This document shows positions 23,070 to 36,339 of a stretch of DNA of 64,000 nucleotides, piece after piece; the first letter of the stretch is position 1; the number at the start of each line of letters is the position of its first letter. Source of the DNA: Vicugna vicugna. Lineage: Eukaryota. A program made the translations under genes and the position numbers. Under the pieces are notes generated by a model. The model was not told the DNA's origin, searched no databases, and worked only from the letters and a program-made list of their open reading frames with translations. The stretch is taken from assembly GCA_013265495.1 (NCBI GenBank), contig MU058103.1, positions 248,001-312,000 on the forward strand. The letters run 5' to 3'.

Positions 23070-25825
23070 GTTTTATTGATATTTTTTGTTTTTGTTAGTC
23101 TCAATTTCAGTTATTCCCACTCTGATATTTGATATTTCCTTCTTTCTACTTACTTTGAGCTTTGCTTTTTCTTCTTTCTCTAGTTCCTTTAGATGTAAGG
23201 TGGGATTGTTTATTTGCGACTTTTTAAAAATTTTCCTCTGGTAGGGCTGTAAGTCTATATACATCCTTTTAGAACTACTATTGCCGCATCCCATAGATTT
23301 AGAAATGTTGTATATTCATTTTCCTTTGTCTCAAGGAATTTAAAAAACTTCCTCTTTGATTTGTTGTTGTTGTTGTTGTTAACCCATTGGTTGTTTAGAA
23401 GCATGCTTAGCTAACTCCATGTCTTTGTGTTCTGTTTCTTTTTCCCCCCAGTTTTCTTCTTGTGACTGTTTTCTAGTTTTATACCATTATGGTGGAAAAT
23501 GATACTGGACCTGATTTCTACTTTTTCTGTTTCTAAGTCTGCTTTGTCTGATATGAGTATTGCTATGCTAGCTTTCTATTTGTTTCCATTTGGATGGGTT
23601 GTCTTTATCCATATATTCACTTTCAGTCTGTGTGTATCTTTAGATCTGAAGGGAGTTTCTTATAGGCAGATATACATGGATTTTTTTATTATTAATTTAG
23701 CCACTCTGTGTCTTTTGATTGGAGGATTTACTCCATTTATATTCAAAATAATTACTGATGAGTATGTAATTATTACTATTTTGTTAATTATTTTCTGGTT
23801 GTTTTTGTAATTTTCCTCTGTTCCTTTCTTCTTCTCTTGTTTTCTTGTGATTTGATGATTTTCTTCAATGTTACGTTTGAATTTCTTTCTTTTTATTTTT
23901 TGTGTCTCTATTAATAGGTTTTTGGTTTGTGATTACCATGTGGTTACCTACATATATGGCAATCTATTTTAAGTTGATGGTTGCTTAAGTTCTATTGCAT
24001 TCTAAAAGCACTACATTTTTCTTTCCTGACTCCACATTTTATATTTAGACATCATATTTTTCATCTTTTATTTTTGTGTGTCACTTAACTACTTTAGATA
24101 TATATTATTTTTCTACTTTTTTCTTTTAATCATCATACCAGCTTTATATGTGGTTGTTTCACTACCTTTAAATATTTGCCTTTACTTGTGAGATTTTTTC
24201 TTTCATAATTTTCATGTTTCTGATTATGGCTTTTTTTTTTTTCCATTTAAAAGAAGTTTCTTTATCATTTCCTGTAGGGCTGATTTAGTGGTGATGTACT
24301 CCTTTAGCTTTTGCTTGTCTGGGAAACTTTATCTCCTCTGCAGTTGTGAATGAACCTTGCCAGGAACTTTGAATATATCTTGCCAGTTCTTCTGGTCTGT
24401 TAATTTCTGCTGAAACTTAGCTGATAGGCTTACATACAAGGGATTTCCTTATATGTAATCTGTTGTTTTTCTCTCACTGTTTTAAGATTCTGTCTTTATC
24501 TTTAACTTTTGATGTTTTAATTATAATGTGTCTTGATGTGAGTATCTGGGTTCATCTTATTTGGGACTGTCTGTGCTTCCTGGACTTGAATTTCTGTTTC
24601 ATTTGCAGGTTAGTGAACTTTTCAGCCATGATTTGTTCAAGTACTGCTACTGATTTTCTCCAAAGTATTTTTTATTTCAGTATTGTTGTATTTTTCTGTT
24701 CTGATTTGTTCTTTTTTATATTTTCTCTTTGCTGAATTTCTCAATGAGTTTATCCATTCTTCTCTTGAGTTTGTTGAGTATCTTTTTGGCCATTACTTTG
24801 AAATATACCTGGTAAATTGCTCATCTCCTTTTCATTTCATCCTTTTTCTGAGGTCTTGTCTTATTCTTTCACTTGGAAGGTATTACTTTGTCTCCTCATT
24901 TTGTCTAACTCTCATTTTTTTTTAAATATATTGGGTACATCAGGTACATCTTCTAGTCTTGAAAGAATGGCCATACATAGAAGGTGTCCTCTGGGGCCCA
25001 GTGGCATGATCATTCCTGGTAACTAGAGTCAAGTGTTCTAGGGGTATCTCCTTTGTAGTCTGCATGTGCCATCCTGTTTTGGTTGAGTTGTGATTTCTGT
25101 GGGTTCACTGATGGGTGGGGCTGGCTCCTGGCCTGACTGAATATGAGGCCCAGCTGTGACTGTTAGCTAGACTAATGGAAAGTGACAGAAATGGCATTTG
25201 CCAGCTCTAAGCCAGCTAGGTGGAAACAGAATTAAAAAAAAAAAAATGGCACCCAGCAACCCTTTAGCCCCTGGAGAACATTCCACCAGATCCTTGCCCC
25301 TTTGACACACATCCCAAAATTTAGTCAATGAATCTCCTAATTGTATGACCCAGGTGCTTTTCAAGTAGTCACCTGTGCACTTGGACTTTGGGTGAGTGAA
25401 TTAGTGTATGAACCCTTCAAGAGGTGAGTCTTAGTCTCCTATAGCCCTCTAGCTCTCTTACATGTAAGCCCTGCTGTTTTTCAAAGCCAGATATTCCAGG
25501 GGCTCATCTTCTTAGTTCAGGTCTTCTGGGCTGTAGAGCCCAATGTGGGGCTTGCCTGTCACTCCTCTTGGGGGACCTACATGATTGTGATACCCCTCTT
25601 GCTTGGGGAGCTGCCAAAATTAGGGTGTGGGTTGTGACTAGACTGCACCTCTGCTCCTCCTTCCTATCTTGATGTGACCTTTTCTTCATATTCTTTTTGT
25701 GGAAAATCTGCTAGTCTTCAGGTCATCCTAAGAGATGGTTGTTCTATGTGTAGTTGTAGTTTTGGTGTGTCCTGGGAGGAGTTGAGCTTAGGATCTTTCT
25801 ACTCCACTATCTTCATCCAGACTCT
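23070..25825 (-). mobile_element. L1 5' half (5'UTR, ORF1 remnants, ORF2 N-terminal region) with internal deletions
   Basis: Minus ORF 23073-23294 (QINNPTLHLKELEKEEKAKLKVSRKKEISNIR) is the ORF2 post-endonuclease region. Near 25820 the minus strand reads aagatagtggagtagaaagatcctaagctcaactcctccc...acaccaaaactacaactac, an L1 5' terminus with a decayed YY1 site. Confidence 0.85.
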
Positions 25826-25939
25826 GATTTATCTTTTCTAATTGACATAAATTTGCAGGTTAACATGTAGCTCCACAGTATTTGAGCTTAAATTATAAAT
25901 TCAGATGTGGATGTTTTATCCTAGATTTGTGCTTCTTAC

Positions 25940-26405
25940 CCAGGGGCCCCTTTAGAATGTCTACAAGATCAAAACTATTTTCATATAACAGTGATTTTTA
26001 TTTTCCTTTTTTACTCTCTTTGACTCATGAATGCAGCTTTCTAGAGGCTATGATATTGCAACATATTAAGTGTAGAAACAGAATTGAGAACCCAGGTGTC
26101 TTAAACCAGATGTTAATGAGATTTATAAAAATGAAATCCAGTGCTACCCTTTTAACTAATTTTTATTTGTTTTGAAAAATGTATTTCTTTCATAAAATAA
26201 GTAATTTATATTAGCATGTACTGGGTTTATTATAGTCATGTTAAAATTAATAAATAAATACATTTTTTAAAAATGATGAATTTAGATTTCTGCATGGTAA
26301 AAATCGGCAGCTATAATCCACCAAATGCAAACTTCTTTTAGATTCACAACGATTTCTAAGGATGTAAAGGGATCCTGAGAACAAAACTACTGTAAAACTG
26401 CTGTA
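25940..26405 (+). mobile_element. Charlie4a-like hAT DNA transposon
   Basis: gatcaaaactattttcat...ttctagaggcta...tgatattgcaaca...gagatttataaaaatg...tgtaaagggatcctgag. Confidence 0.75.
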
Positions 26406-27109
26406 CTAGAGAATTAAACGATATTGTTTATATCTTTTAAATAATGCAGCATTATAACATTGAAATAACTCTTTTAGCTCTTTTTAGCCTAGTTTGTCTG
26501 AATTTCTCATTTTATACATTTCGTAAGAGTTAAGGGTACAACAAAGTGCCTTCTACAGAAGTAGAAACTGAACATTGTTTCCCTTCTTCTTTTTCTTCCA
26601 TTTCTTCCTAGTGGAAGAATCAGTTCCAAATTGACTATTGAGTCTAGACTAGAATAACATCGAGAAGAAGCACTCAATGCTTAGAACAATCCAAATTTCT
26701 CCCATTATCTTGTGCTGATGACCAAGTTCGAAACTACTGAGAAAGCCCCTGTGACCTTCGCATCCCAGAAAATTCACATGCAAAGCTTGAGAACTAGCTG
26801 GTTCTTTGATCAGACTCCTTTACTCCCCCATAAGACAGTTTCTTAGGTGACAATTATCCATTGGTTGTTGTGCTAGATAATATGAATAGAAAGAAGTATA
26901 AGGTCTAGGCTGAGATTAACTAGTTCATCAATTAAAAAAAATTTCAAGAACACCTTCAAGATAGCAATCTGTCACTCCTGATGTAACTAACTCCTTCAGT
27001 GGACCCCCAGAACCTAAGGCCCTGAATAACCTGCCCTGTTTAATTCCTGGGATCTCAGTCTCAAAGTCACGCCCTGTAGAAACTTGATTAACATTTCAGA
27101 CTTTTTAAC

Positions 27110-27330
27110 TTCATCCAGTTATCTACTCTTACGCTACCTTGTACTTTGTAGCTCACAGGGCAATTGTATTTTGTTAAATATTTGTATAAAATTTTTCTTA
27201 ATAATTCTTCTGACTTTCTGTTGGTGATCTCAGTGAGGGCAGAAAAATCTGTTTTCTGCACTACTGTACGCTTCCATCCTGTGACAGTGCCTGACACAGA
27301 GAAGGTGATAAGTGTTTATTGGATGATGGT
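27110..27330 (+). mobile_element. L2 3' end
   Basis: tgagggcagaaaaatctgttttctgcactactgtac...acagtgcctgacacagagaagg...aagtgtttattggatg. Confidence 0.65.
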
Positions 27331-27994
27331 ACACAGGGAGTAGAAATCTGAATAGAGTGGGATGAGAGAGTAAGTGTAGAGTACTAAAAAATGAAAAACA
27401 GATAAACAACAGAAGAATCTCTGAATGTCATTGTTCTGAAACCTGATGTATTTAACATGGAAAGAGGATCGGGGCATAAAGTTCCTTTTCATCCATCAGA
27501 AGTCATTTATTTATTTCATCAATTTGTTTGCTTTCTCAATCATTAACTATTTATCAAGTAGCCTTTGCATGTGAAGGATTTTTTATGTAATAAAATGACT
27601 TACCAGTTGCAATAAGTCAAAGCTAAACTTCTTGTCAATGAAGGTTAATATTTTCAGTAAGAGATATAAAATATATAACCTTGAAATGATAAGGTAGCAA
27701 TTACAATGTAAAAATATAAAGCAGGCCTAGATATCTCTTTACAGACTTTATATACATCTAAAAAGTGTATATGGAGAGCTAACAGTATTTCTTCTCAGCA
27801 AAGGTGATGTTTTATTAGACTTTACATGCCTGGCACCTAACCTAATACCTGGCATAAAGTCAGTGCTCAGGAAATGTTTCATTTTCAAATTGTATAATAA
27901 ACAAGTAAAATGCTAAAGAAAAAAAAGGGATGGAAATTAGAATAAAGAAAATATCCTGACATAGTCATCATCATCATCTTCATCCTCATTATCA

Positions 27995-28240
27995 TATTAG
28001 CTCTGTTTGCTGAATTTCCTGTGTGCAATAGGTACCAAACATTACTTCAATCAATTTGCATAAGTCATCTTAAATAATCTTCACAATTCTTCATGGTACA
28101 AATACTTTCCCATTTTCAGATAAGGAAAGTGATGGTCAAGTAGTTTAAGTTACTTCTGCAAGGTTGGCAGTTAGCAAGGTTTAGAGTTTGTAACAAAAGA
28201 GAGGTTCATCTGATAGAATGCCTGTCCTATTTCCACTAAA
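27995..28240 (-). mobile_element. MIR SINE
   Basis: taatcttcacaatt...cccattttcagataaggaaagtga...ttaagttactt. Confidence 0.65.
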
Positions 28241-29319
28241 TCATGCTAGGAAAAAAATGAGATGCTGTATCCTAGGTATGCAAGGTAATTAATTTTAAAA
28301 AGCCAGTCAAGTAATAATTTTTTAAGTCAGTGATATTTTTATTAGACATTGAAAATTCAATTATAAATCTACAATAGATTTGTATATAATGAACATTAGC
28401 ACTTGGGGTTATTCTTACTTATTGTCTATTTTTAATAAGTTATGTGACTCACTAATTTAACAAAGTGATCATACTGTAACCTGTAAAGAGACATAAATAC
28501 ACTATCATCATGTGAATGTGGTGATGATTTATATTTTATCTATTAAGCTCCTAAAAATAGAGAGTTAAAATAATTCTTCAAAAAATTCCCAGTCACTAAA
28601 TCCTTCTATACCTGTCATTAAAATTAAGTATGGAAGGAAATTCACAACTATATCAGAAATTGAGTTCAATTAGGGACTCATTATGAAGACACAGTGAAAA
28701 TGATTTGCAACTGTATCTTTTGGGGCTTCCATTTTTTAATGTTAATAATAAAATCATAAATCTGACAAGGAGAGTCATTAAAGTACTTCATACGAAGGGC
28801 TATTCATTACTTCAAAGATGCATTATCTGGAACTTAGTCCCTTCTGCTACCAAGATTTGTCATGTCCAAGAGATTAATGATGTTGAATATAAACTAGTTG
28901 GATGACATCAGCTACCATGATCCACATTCTTAGTAGATTTACGTGCCATAGTAGTGTTCTTTTATGCCTTAAAAAAATTCTTCTAAAAAGCAAGTATTAC
29001 CTTTTGAAAACTAATGCTGTCTGTTGTATAGGCTATTTCCTATAGACAGAAATTGTTCTAATGTGATTCCAGGGTAAAAATAGCCCTCAAGGTGACTGTA
29101 TACGTTAGTGGTACATACGCATGTACAATATAGCTTGCAATTCTGGTTAAAGGTCAAAATAACCCTGGAGAGAGTTCAGAAGAGGGCATGCAGGAGATTC
29201 CGGGCATAATAAGGTTTTCAGCCAGCTTTCAAGGTAGAGTTTGTATGTATTCAAAGTCTATACTGCTAATAAGGATGTGACTAGGGTATAGTCATGCCCA
29301 TGGTCTTATACAACAAAAA

Positions 29320-29826
29320 CGTGTTTTTCTTTTCCTATTACCAAAAACTTAACATTTTATAAAAGCTCCAATTATTATCTCATGTTTGTGTAGGTCAGAA
29401 GCCCACCACAGCTAGGTTTTTTCCTGATGATCTCACAAGGCTGAAATCAGGGCATAATTGGGCTGTAGTTCTCCTCTGGGGCTTGGGACCCTTTTCCAAG
29501 TTTTCTGCTAGTTGGCAGAATTCCTTTCTCCCCCCCATGCTTTTCACATGGCTTTCTCCATCTTAAGTCAGCAGTGTGGTGGTGAGTTATTTCTCGTACT
29601 TCAAATCTCTCTGACTTCCCTGAATGCTTTCCTCCTTAGTCTTTTAAGGATTTATGTGATTACATTGTGTTCACCCCAGAATCCAGGATAATCTCTTTAT
29701 TTTAAAGTAAGTTGGTTAGTTATCTTAACTATGAATGCAAAGTCCCTTTTGCCACATAAGGAAGCATAACCATGCAAGTAACACCAAGGGTCACAGATCA
29801 CAGGGCCAAAATTCTGCCTCCTACAC
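29320..29826 (-). mobile_element. MLT1 (ERVL-MaLR) solo LTR
   Basis: tctcacaaggctgaaatcag...ttggcagaattc...atgtgattacattg...aatccaggataatctc...gcaaagtcccttttgcca...aattctgcct. Confidence 0.8.
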
Positions 29827-30212
29827 CCAGAAACTAGAAGCTGGGACTCAGGGTTGGAGGGAAGTAAGTTTAAGAACGTAAAATGAATTTCACACAGTAA
29901 AAGGCAAGTTATGTAATTCAGTGTTGTCCTGATTAAACGTAGAAGATTCCAAAATTTTCATAAAATCTTGAATGACAATTCTGTGCTGGGTGGATAAATA
30001 GAAGGGAGAATTACATTTGGAGGCATCTGTGATATTTTGAGGCTAATGTTCATTCACTCTCAATGGCAGAATGCCTGTCTAGAGGCTGAAGGATCCTCAG
30101 TGTGAGATCAGTATGTGGCCAGGATTAGGCTCTTAGGTAGTATATATTTTATCTCCTTCAAATATTTGAAAATAATGCTAGTGCTAACATTTTAATTCAT
30201 GCAGCTCATATC

Positions 30213-30689
30213 TGTTGACTAAAATAAATGCACAGCCTAAAAGTTGAGAGTTATGTTTTATTTGGCAGGAGGACTCGAGCTGGGATGACAGCCTCTCAGA
30301 TGCTCTGAGGGACTGTTCCAAAGAGGTGGGGGAGGAGCTAGGATCTATAGGAGCTTTACAACAAAGACCAGGTAGTTGGAGCAATAAAAGATTACTTGTT
30401 ATCTAAAGAAAAACCAAAATCAAGTTAAAGAATTTAGTGCTTTTCTATGTATGGGAGGAAGCAAACTTTTGGGCTCTTTGGAATTCATTCCTTTGACAAT
30501 CACCTGGCTATCTTGGGCCATTATCTTGTACTTTATTATTCTGCGTCCACTCAGAGTGCACCATTGTGAGTGGCTGCAGAGGCTGGGCTGCAGGCTTGTC
30601 TTCGCTGGGGGATGGGGGCAGCGGCTGATGACTTGATGGTTTCAGCATTCTTTGTTTACAGATATAGTTTGCAGTATTTTTTATTCACA
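30213..30689 (-). mobile_element. ERV1-class solo LTR (laurasiatherian/cetartiodactyl type)
   Basis: TG...CA termini (tgttgact...tcaca). Flanks tatc (30209-12) / catc (30690-93) form a 4-bp TSD with one transition. AATAAA lies on the minus strand near 30256-30261. Confidence 0.8.
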
Positions 30690-31744
30690 CATCTGTACCT
30701 TTAAAAATATAATTGAAAGGCTGCATCTTTTCATGCATAAAATAAAAGATAAAACTAGTAGAAAAGAACTGCCGAGTTGTAGGTTCCCTTGCGTTTTATT
30801 CAATCTGACAACTGCAAAATGGATAAAAGAATCTCTGGGTTTTGATTACACTGTAAATGCCTTTGCATTATTATTACCATCATCAGTTGAGATTGTTGAT
30901 AATATACTTAGCACCAGATAAGATGCAGGAGACATAACTTCTGCCCAAGGGTTTTTAAGTCTATATTGTATTAAGTGCATGCTGTGTGAAATGTAATTCA
31001 TCTCAACTTGACCCAACTTTTTCATTAAAATTCTATTTGTGGTACTGGGCAAACAGGTACTTAAATTTTAAAGTAAAGAGCCTGGTGTGCTTTATTAATG
31101 CATATTGCAAATAAAATCAGTCCTTACCCATAGACAGAGACTATTTTATAGACTGCAATCTTAACTTTACATAGTCATTTTTGAAGATATTTGCTTGTAG
31201 AAATTAAAAAAAAAATCAAGGTGAGTATGAATATTTCAGTTTAATTCATCCCAATGAGAAAAATCCATACAAAATTTTCATTATAATGAGAGCACTGTGT
31301 ATTTAGCAGAGGGAGCTGATTTTTATGTAGTATCTTCTCTAAATCAGGTACTAAGTTACATTGCCCTCTGTATTGTAAGGAATCATTAAAATGCTATAAA
31401 AGGCAAATATATTTATATATTATTTTATAAAAGAAGAAACTGGACTACAGGGAGTTCAACTCAGATGTTAAGTTTCTCCCAAAAGTGACCCAAATCTGAC
31501 TCCTACTTGTCCACCCATACTCCTTTTGTGTAAGAAAAGTCATTCGTAAGCAGTTTCATGAGAATTCATAAGGTTTTTCTCCTATTACTCTGGAACACTA
31601 AATGAGATGTTCTGTACCCATGGAGGTATTCAGATTTCCTATTTTATTGATTGCTTAACTGTTTATAATCAACATAGCCGAGTACCAAGAAACTGCTTAG
31701 AATTCTGAATCATTGAGACAATTGAGATAATTATTTAATCAATT

Positions 31745-31952
31745 CTAGAAGTCATCTTACGAGGGTACCTGTGGGAGGGTTTTTGACCCAGGCCTATCTG
31801 CAACATGCATTATGTACTTCTGTTTACCTCACACAGACTGGAACTGGCCATGTGACCATACAAACTGCAAAGGAGGCTGGGAAATGTAGTCTAGCTAAGG
31901 CCCCTGGTAGAAGAGTAAATGGTTTTGTAAGTAGCTAGCAGGCTCTGTTCCA
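31745..31952 (-). mobile_element. Old MLT1 (MLT1K/L-like) LTR fragment
   Basis: ggaactggccatgtgacc...aactgcaaaggaggctgggaaatgtagtctagct...gaagagtaaatgg. Confidence 0.7.
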
Positions 31953-32489
31953 TTCTCATTATCTTTTGTTCCCTCTTAACAATCCATCCCTTCTTCATGA
32001 AATAACCTTTTCTAGCCAATCAAGACCCATCTCAGGTATGCTTTTCTGCAGAAGGCTTTGCCCCACCTCATCTGGATTAACTGCATCTTCTTTGGACTTT
32101 TATTGCTTATTGTGCATACTGAAATCACAGAACTTTTCAAGCTGTGTTTGAAACTCTCCCAAACAAATGAGCTTCATCTTTTTGTGTTTTCAAAATTAGA
32201 CATAATACCTGGAATTCAGAGTATTGATTCAATGAGTACATTAAAGATTCTAAAGGCATCAGTATTGTCTTTGATTATAAGTACAATAACCAAATGACAT
32301 ATTTTATTGAATTTTTTCATCTTCATTTGTATTGAATCTTATACAAGTAATTGCAAAATAGTGATGGGCATAAACAATATTTTAAGATACCTTTAATAAC
32401 TGTAATGTGCTCTAAAATACCTTTAATCTCTATTGATGTATTATAGATACTGTTATAGAGTTACATAAAGTTACAGATACTGTTAATAC

Positions 32490-32630
32490 AGCTGGGGTTT
32501 TCTGCTTATTTGTAGTTGAATTGAAGGAAATGCTGAATTTCAGGAAGAAGTTAGTGAAAATGAACAATTTTTAGTACAAGTTTATAGACCCCTGAATTCT
32601 GTGTAGATGTTATGCTCTGAACTCCTGTGT
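32490..32630. mobile_element. Charlie4z-like hAT fragment
   Basis: aaatgctgaatttcaggaagaagttagtgaaaatgaac...caagtttatagacccctgaa. Confidence 0.6.
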
Positions 32631-33399
32631 TAAATCCTAAATTCTTTAAGGAAATAGAGATTTTTTTGTGTTTAAACTTTGCACTTTCCATGGTCTTTAA
32701 CTAAAGAAAATTCTTTCAGAAAAAGATTATTTTATATTCTTTATGTGTCAGGAATATTCCCCCAAATGTGTTTGGATTATTTCATAGTCCTCATGACAAC
32801 TGTCAGACAAGAAAGCAGGTTTTGCACAGTTAAGCAGTTAGCCTACAAAATTAGCAAGAGGAAGAGTCAGGACAGAAACCCAAGTATGTCTGAACTTGAC
32901 TATTATCTTAAGCACTGTGGCCAATGATGACATGAGGGTACTTTCAAAGCATCTGGGTTCAAATCTTGTCCCTGCTACATCAAAAGTGTGTACATTTACT
33001 CAAGCAAATCATTTATCACCACAACATTATTTTTTGAGAGTCACTATAGTATCAAATCAGTTACTTTTGTGAAATCACTTTACAATCTCTCATCATTATG
33101 TAAATAATAGCAAAACTCAGTTGAGAGAGAATCTTACTCTATTTTTTTCCTGAATTCAAATAATTAAAAAAGCATTTTTAAAGTAAACTATCTAAAGGAC
33201 CAAAGTATTATAACCTAGAAAATCTCTTCTTCTAACCACGTTACAAGTTCTTAAATGTGTACTAGGATAATAATTTTTTCCAGTTAAATTATATGAAGCA
33301 TTAATTATCTTATAACCACTTCACTAAGCAAAATAATACTCTGTTTCACATAGTAACAAATTTCAATTCTTCCATGAGGAAAGATAGATATTGCAATCT

Positions 33400-33916
33400 C
33401 TGTATTATTTAGGCTTGTTGTGTAACAAATCAACACAGTTTATTGCCTTAAACGACAATAGGTTCAAAGTTGGCAGTCTGCGCCAGGTGAAGCTAAAATG
33501 TGAGATTCTTCTGGTCTCACCTGGCTCAATCATAAATCTGTGGACACCTGAGGGGGTTGGCTGGGTGCTGGCTGTTCTAGGATTGTGTTCAGTGGGAACA
33601 GGTCAAGTGGCTCCAAGTGGCTCCCCATCCTTCAGTAGGCTACTTCAGCTTGTTCCTCCGTTGGCTAGGCTGGTTGCCAAGAGAGAGAGCTTCTAAGTGA
33701 AAAAGATGTCTTGAAGCCTAGACTAGAGACCAACAAATCATTGCTTCTGCCATATTCTCTTTATTGGTGAAAGTAAGTCACAAGGACAACCTAGATTCAA
33801 AAGGGGTGTAAAAATAAACTTCATTTCTTCCCAGGAATTGCTGAAGCATCACATTCCAAAGGGATGTAGATCTTGAGAGGGGAAAAATGGAGGACATTTT
33901 TGCAAACAATCTACTG
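33400..33916 (-). mobile_element. MLT1 (ERVL-MaLR) solo LTR
   Basis: tgtattattt...ttgtgtaacaaatcaacaca...cttctgccatattct...aagtcacaaggacaacctagattcaa...ggacatttttgcaaacaatctac. Confidence 0.75.
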
Positions 33917-36339
33917 AGTATCTGTCCTACAAAAGAGGGAACCTAGGATCAAATTAAATGTTACTTGATTGACATCCTAAGTAGTAAACCTATAGCATTT
34001 AACTGCTGGCCTTCTGTCCAAATCCATTGTCTTCTAAGTAGAACACCATTACTTTTAATGGAATTCCAAATCTTCTGCCTTCTTTGGTAGGTAATTATAT
34101 ATAAATAGTTTATTTATAAAATTAATTATATACATATATGATTATCTGTCAAAGAATGAAGAAAAGATTAATATATGTGTGTATATATATGTGTATATAT
34201 AGATATATCTATTTCCCAAATGTTCAGTGACTCAAAAGATTTTTAACTTTCTATTCTGTTTACCTCCTTAACTCAGTGAGTATTTATGTGGAGCATGTTA
34301 TGAAAACAATGTGAAACAATATTGAAAACACTCTAACATGCAGTACCATGTGTGCTTTCATAATGACCTGTTCTTATAATACTATATCAAGACCTCAGCA
34401 AAGGGAGGAGGAATGGGGATGAGAAAGAACACAGGGGGCTCCTCTGGGTACCACAGAGTGAAAATAATAAAGAAACTGTGGTTCATGTTGGGAGAGTTCC
34501 TTCCTCTGGGACGCTTCCAGGGCTCTGTTATTTTGGGGTAGTTAATCTTTTGTGCAAATCAGTAACTGTGACTTCAATGAGGCCACCAGAAAACCAAGAG
34601 CAGAAATGAAAACTTTATCTTGTCTTTGACTCTGAAGAACCAAGTCAAAGACTTTAGCAGAACATACTGATGAAGCATTAGACATTGAAGCCTTCTAAGA
34701 TGAGGCTCAAAATTGGTCAAACTAGACTTCATCTTATAATCAGATGATATCAGACTTCTAAAGACGTTAGTCCTATAATTTTTAACCTACTCTATAAAAC
34801 TCAGCATTATTATGTACAAATAATAATATGAATTTAACTTTGTCTAAATGCCAGTATCATTTTTTTATGTTGTTCAAGAACTCTATTTGGGGTAAAAGTA
34901 AAATAACATTAATGAAAAAAATGTGTAGCCCTTATATTCAGGTGCACATGAAAAATTAATACACTAATTTATGATGTGTTTGTAATTTAAATTATTTTGT
35001 TTCCATTATTTTATAAAGTCTTCACACACATCTTTGTGCAGTTGACATAGCCATCATTATCCTGTGGAATTTGTCTTAAGAAAATTGAGACTAAGAGGAA
35101 GTAAATGACTTTCCCACCATTTCCTGGCTGACCCATTTTAAGTACTTTTTAAAATGTGAATATTTTGCCCATATTAGGAAAATAATAATTTGTAACTAAC
35201 TAACTGAAATTGTGTGAAAAACTGTATTGCAAAATACATACAATGTCTTTCTCTCAGAACCTAAAAGTGCTTATGATTAGTCACAAGAGGATGAGGAAAA
35301 AGACAAGAGTAGAAATTGAGTAGTAAAAGTACAGAGTGCTTGCCTTTTGAGGGAAGCCTACAAAGCATGTATTTTGTCAGTAGATGTATCTGAGTCTTTC
35401 TCGGGGACAAAAGTATCATCAGGTGCCGGGGGAGCTAAAGTTGTCCTCCCTAATTTCAGACTTCCTAGGCTTCCTACCCCTTTCTGGCTTTTCTCTCTCC
35501 CAGCTGTGCTGTAGTGATTTCATTTCTGAGAGTGTGATGGGATTCTCAGTGGTCTTTCTGTCTTATCGCTGGGACATTTTTCTGTCAATTTTCTTTTACT
35601 TCTTTTACATTGCTTTCTTTCTGTTTGCTTGTTTTTGGTTTTGCTTTACTTTTTTCTCTTTTTTTTTTTCCTGGGATACTGTGTTGACTCTTTTCATTGT
35701 TAGCGTGCCAATTTTTTTTTCTTTTTTGGCCGTGAAAATTAGATCATTGCAAAAATGGACTTACCAGTCTTTATCTTGAAATAAACCTTATTTTATACAT
35801 GAAATGATAGATAATAGTCTCATAGAGATTTATGCATGGGCTGCAGAGAAATTAAACTTAGACAATATATATTTAAAAATCTGAGACCTACTGAGAACTG
35901 AGAACAGTATTCATTTTTGTGAATTATGGCTTAGGGCAGTGATAGAGTTGATAATATTTAAGAAAGAAGCTAGGGAAAGCCATTTCAAATCTATAGAACA
36001 ATATAGGTACCTCGAGAGATTTTTTGAGCAAAGTTTTAATTCTTTCATAGTTGGTCTGACAGCATTTCCTTTGGAATGGCCATGTGTTCCCTATGTCAGT
36101 TCTCAACAAGACCCTGGCAGTAACTTGAGAAATATGGTCTAGTTTTCCAGGGGTAGGAACTGTAATTATCCATTTGGGCAGTAGGGATTCAGCCACGTAG
36201 GTTTAAGTATGAGGTGTTCAGTGTCAAGAAGAAATTGAAAAGAGGGAATAACAAAAAAAAAAAAAAAACTGAGCATCAGAATTAGTAGTCACTTTTACAA
36301 TATCTCATTTGATCCTAAAACAAAGCAAAATCAAAGTTT

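Noticed and set aside
35384..35779. 131-aa Phe-rich ORF resembling a membrane protein
   Set aside because: Hydrophobicity comes from T-rich low-complexity DNA; no homology recognised
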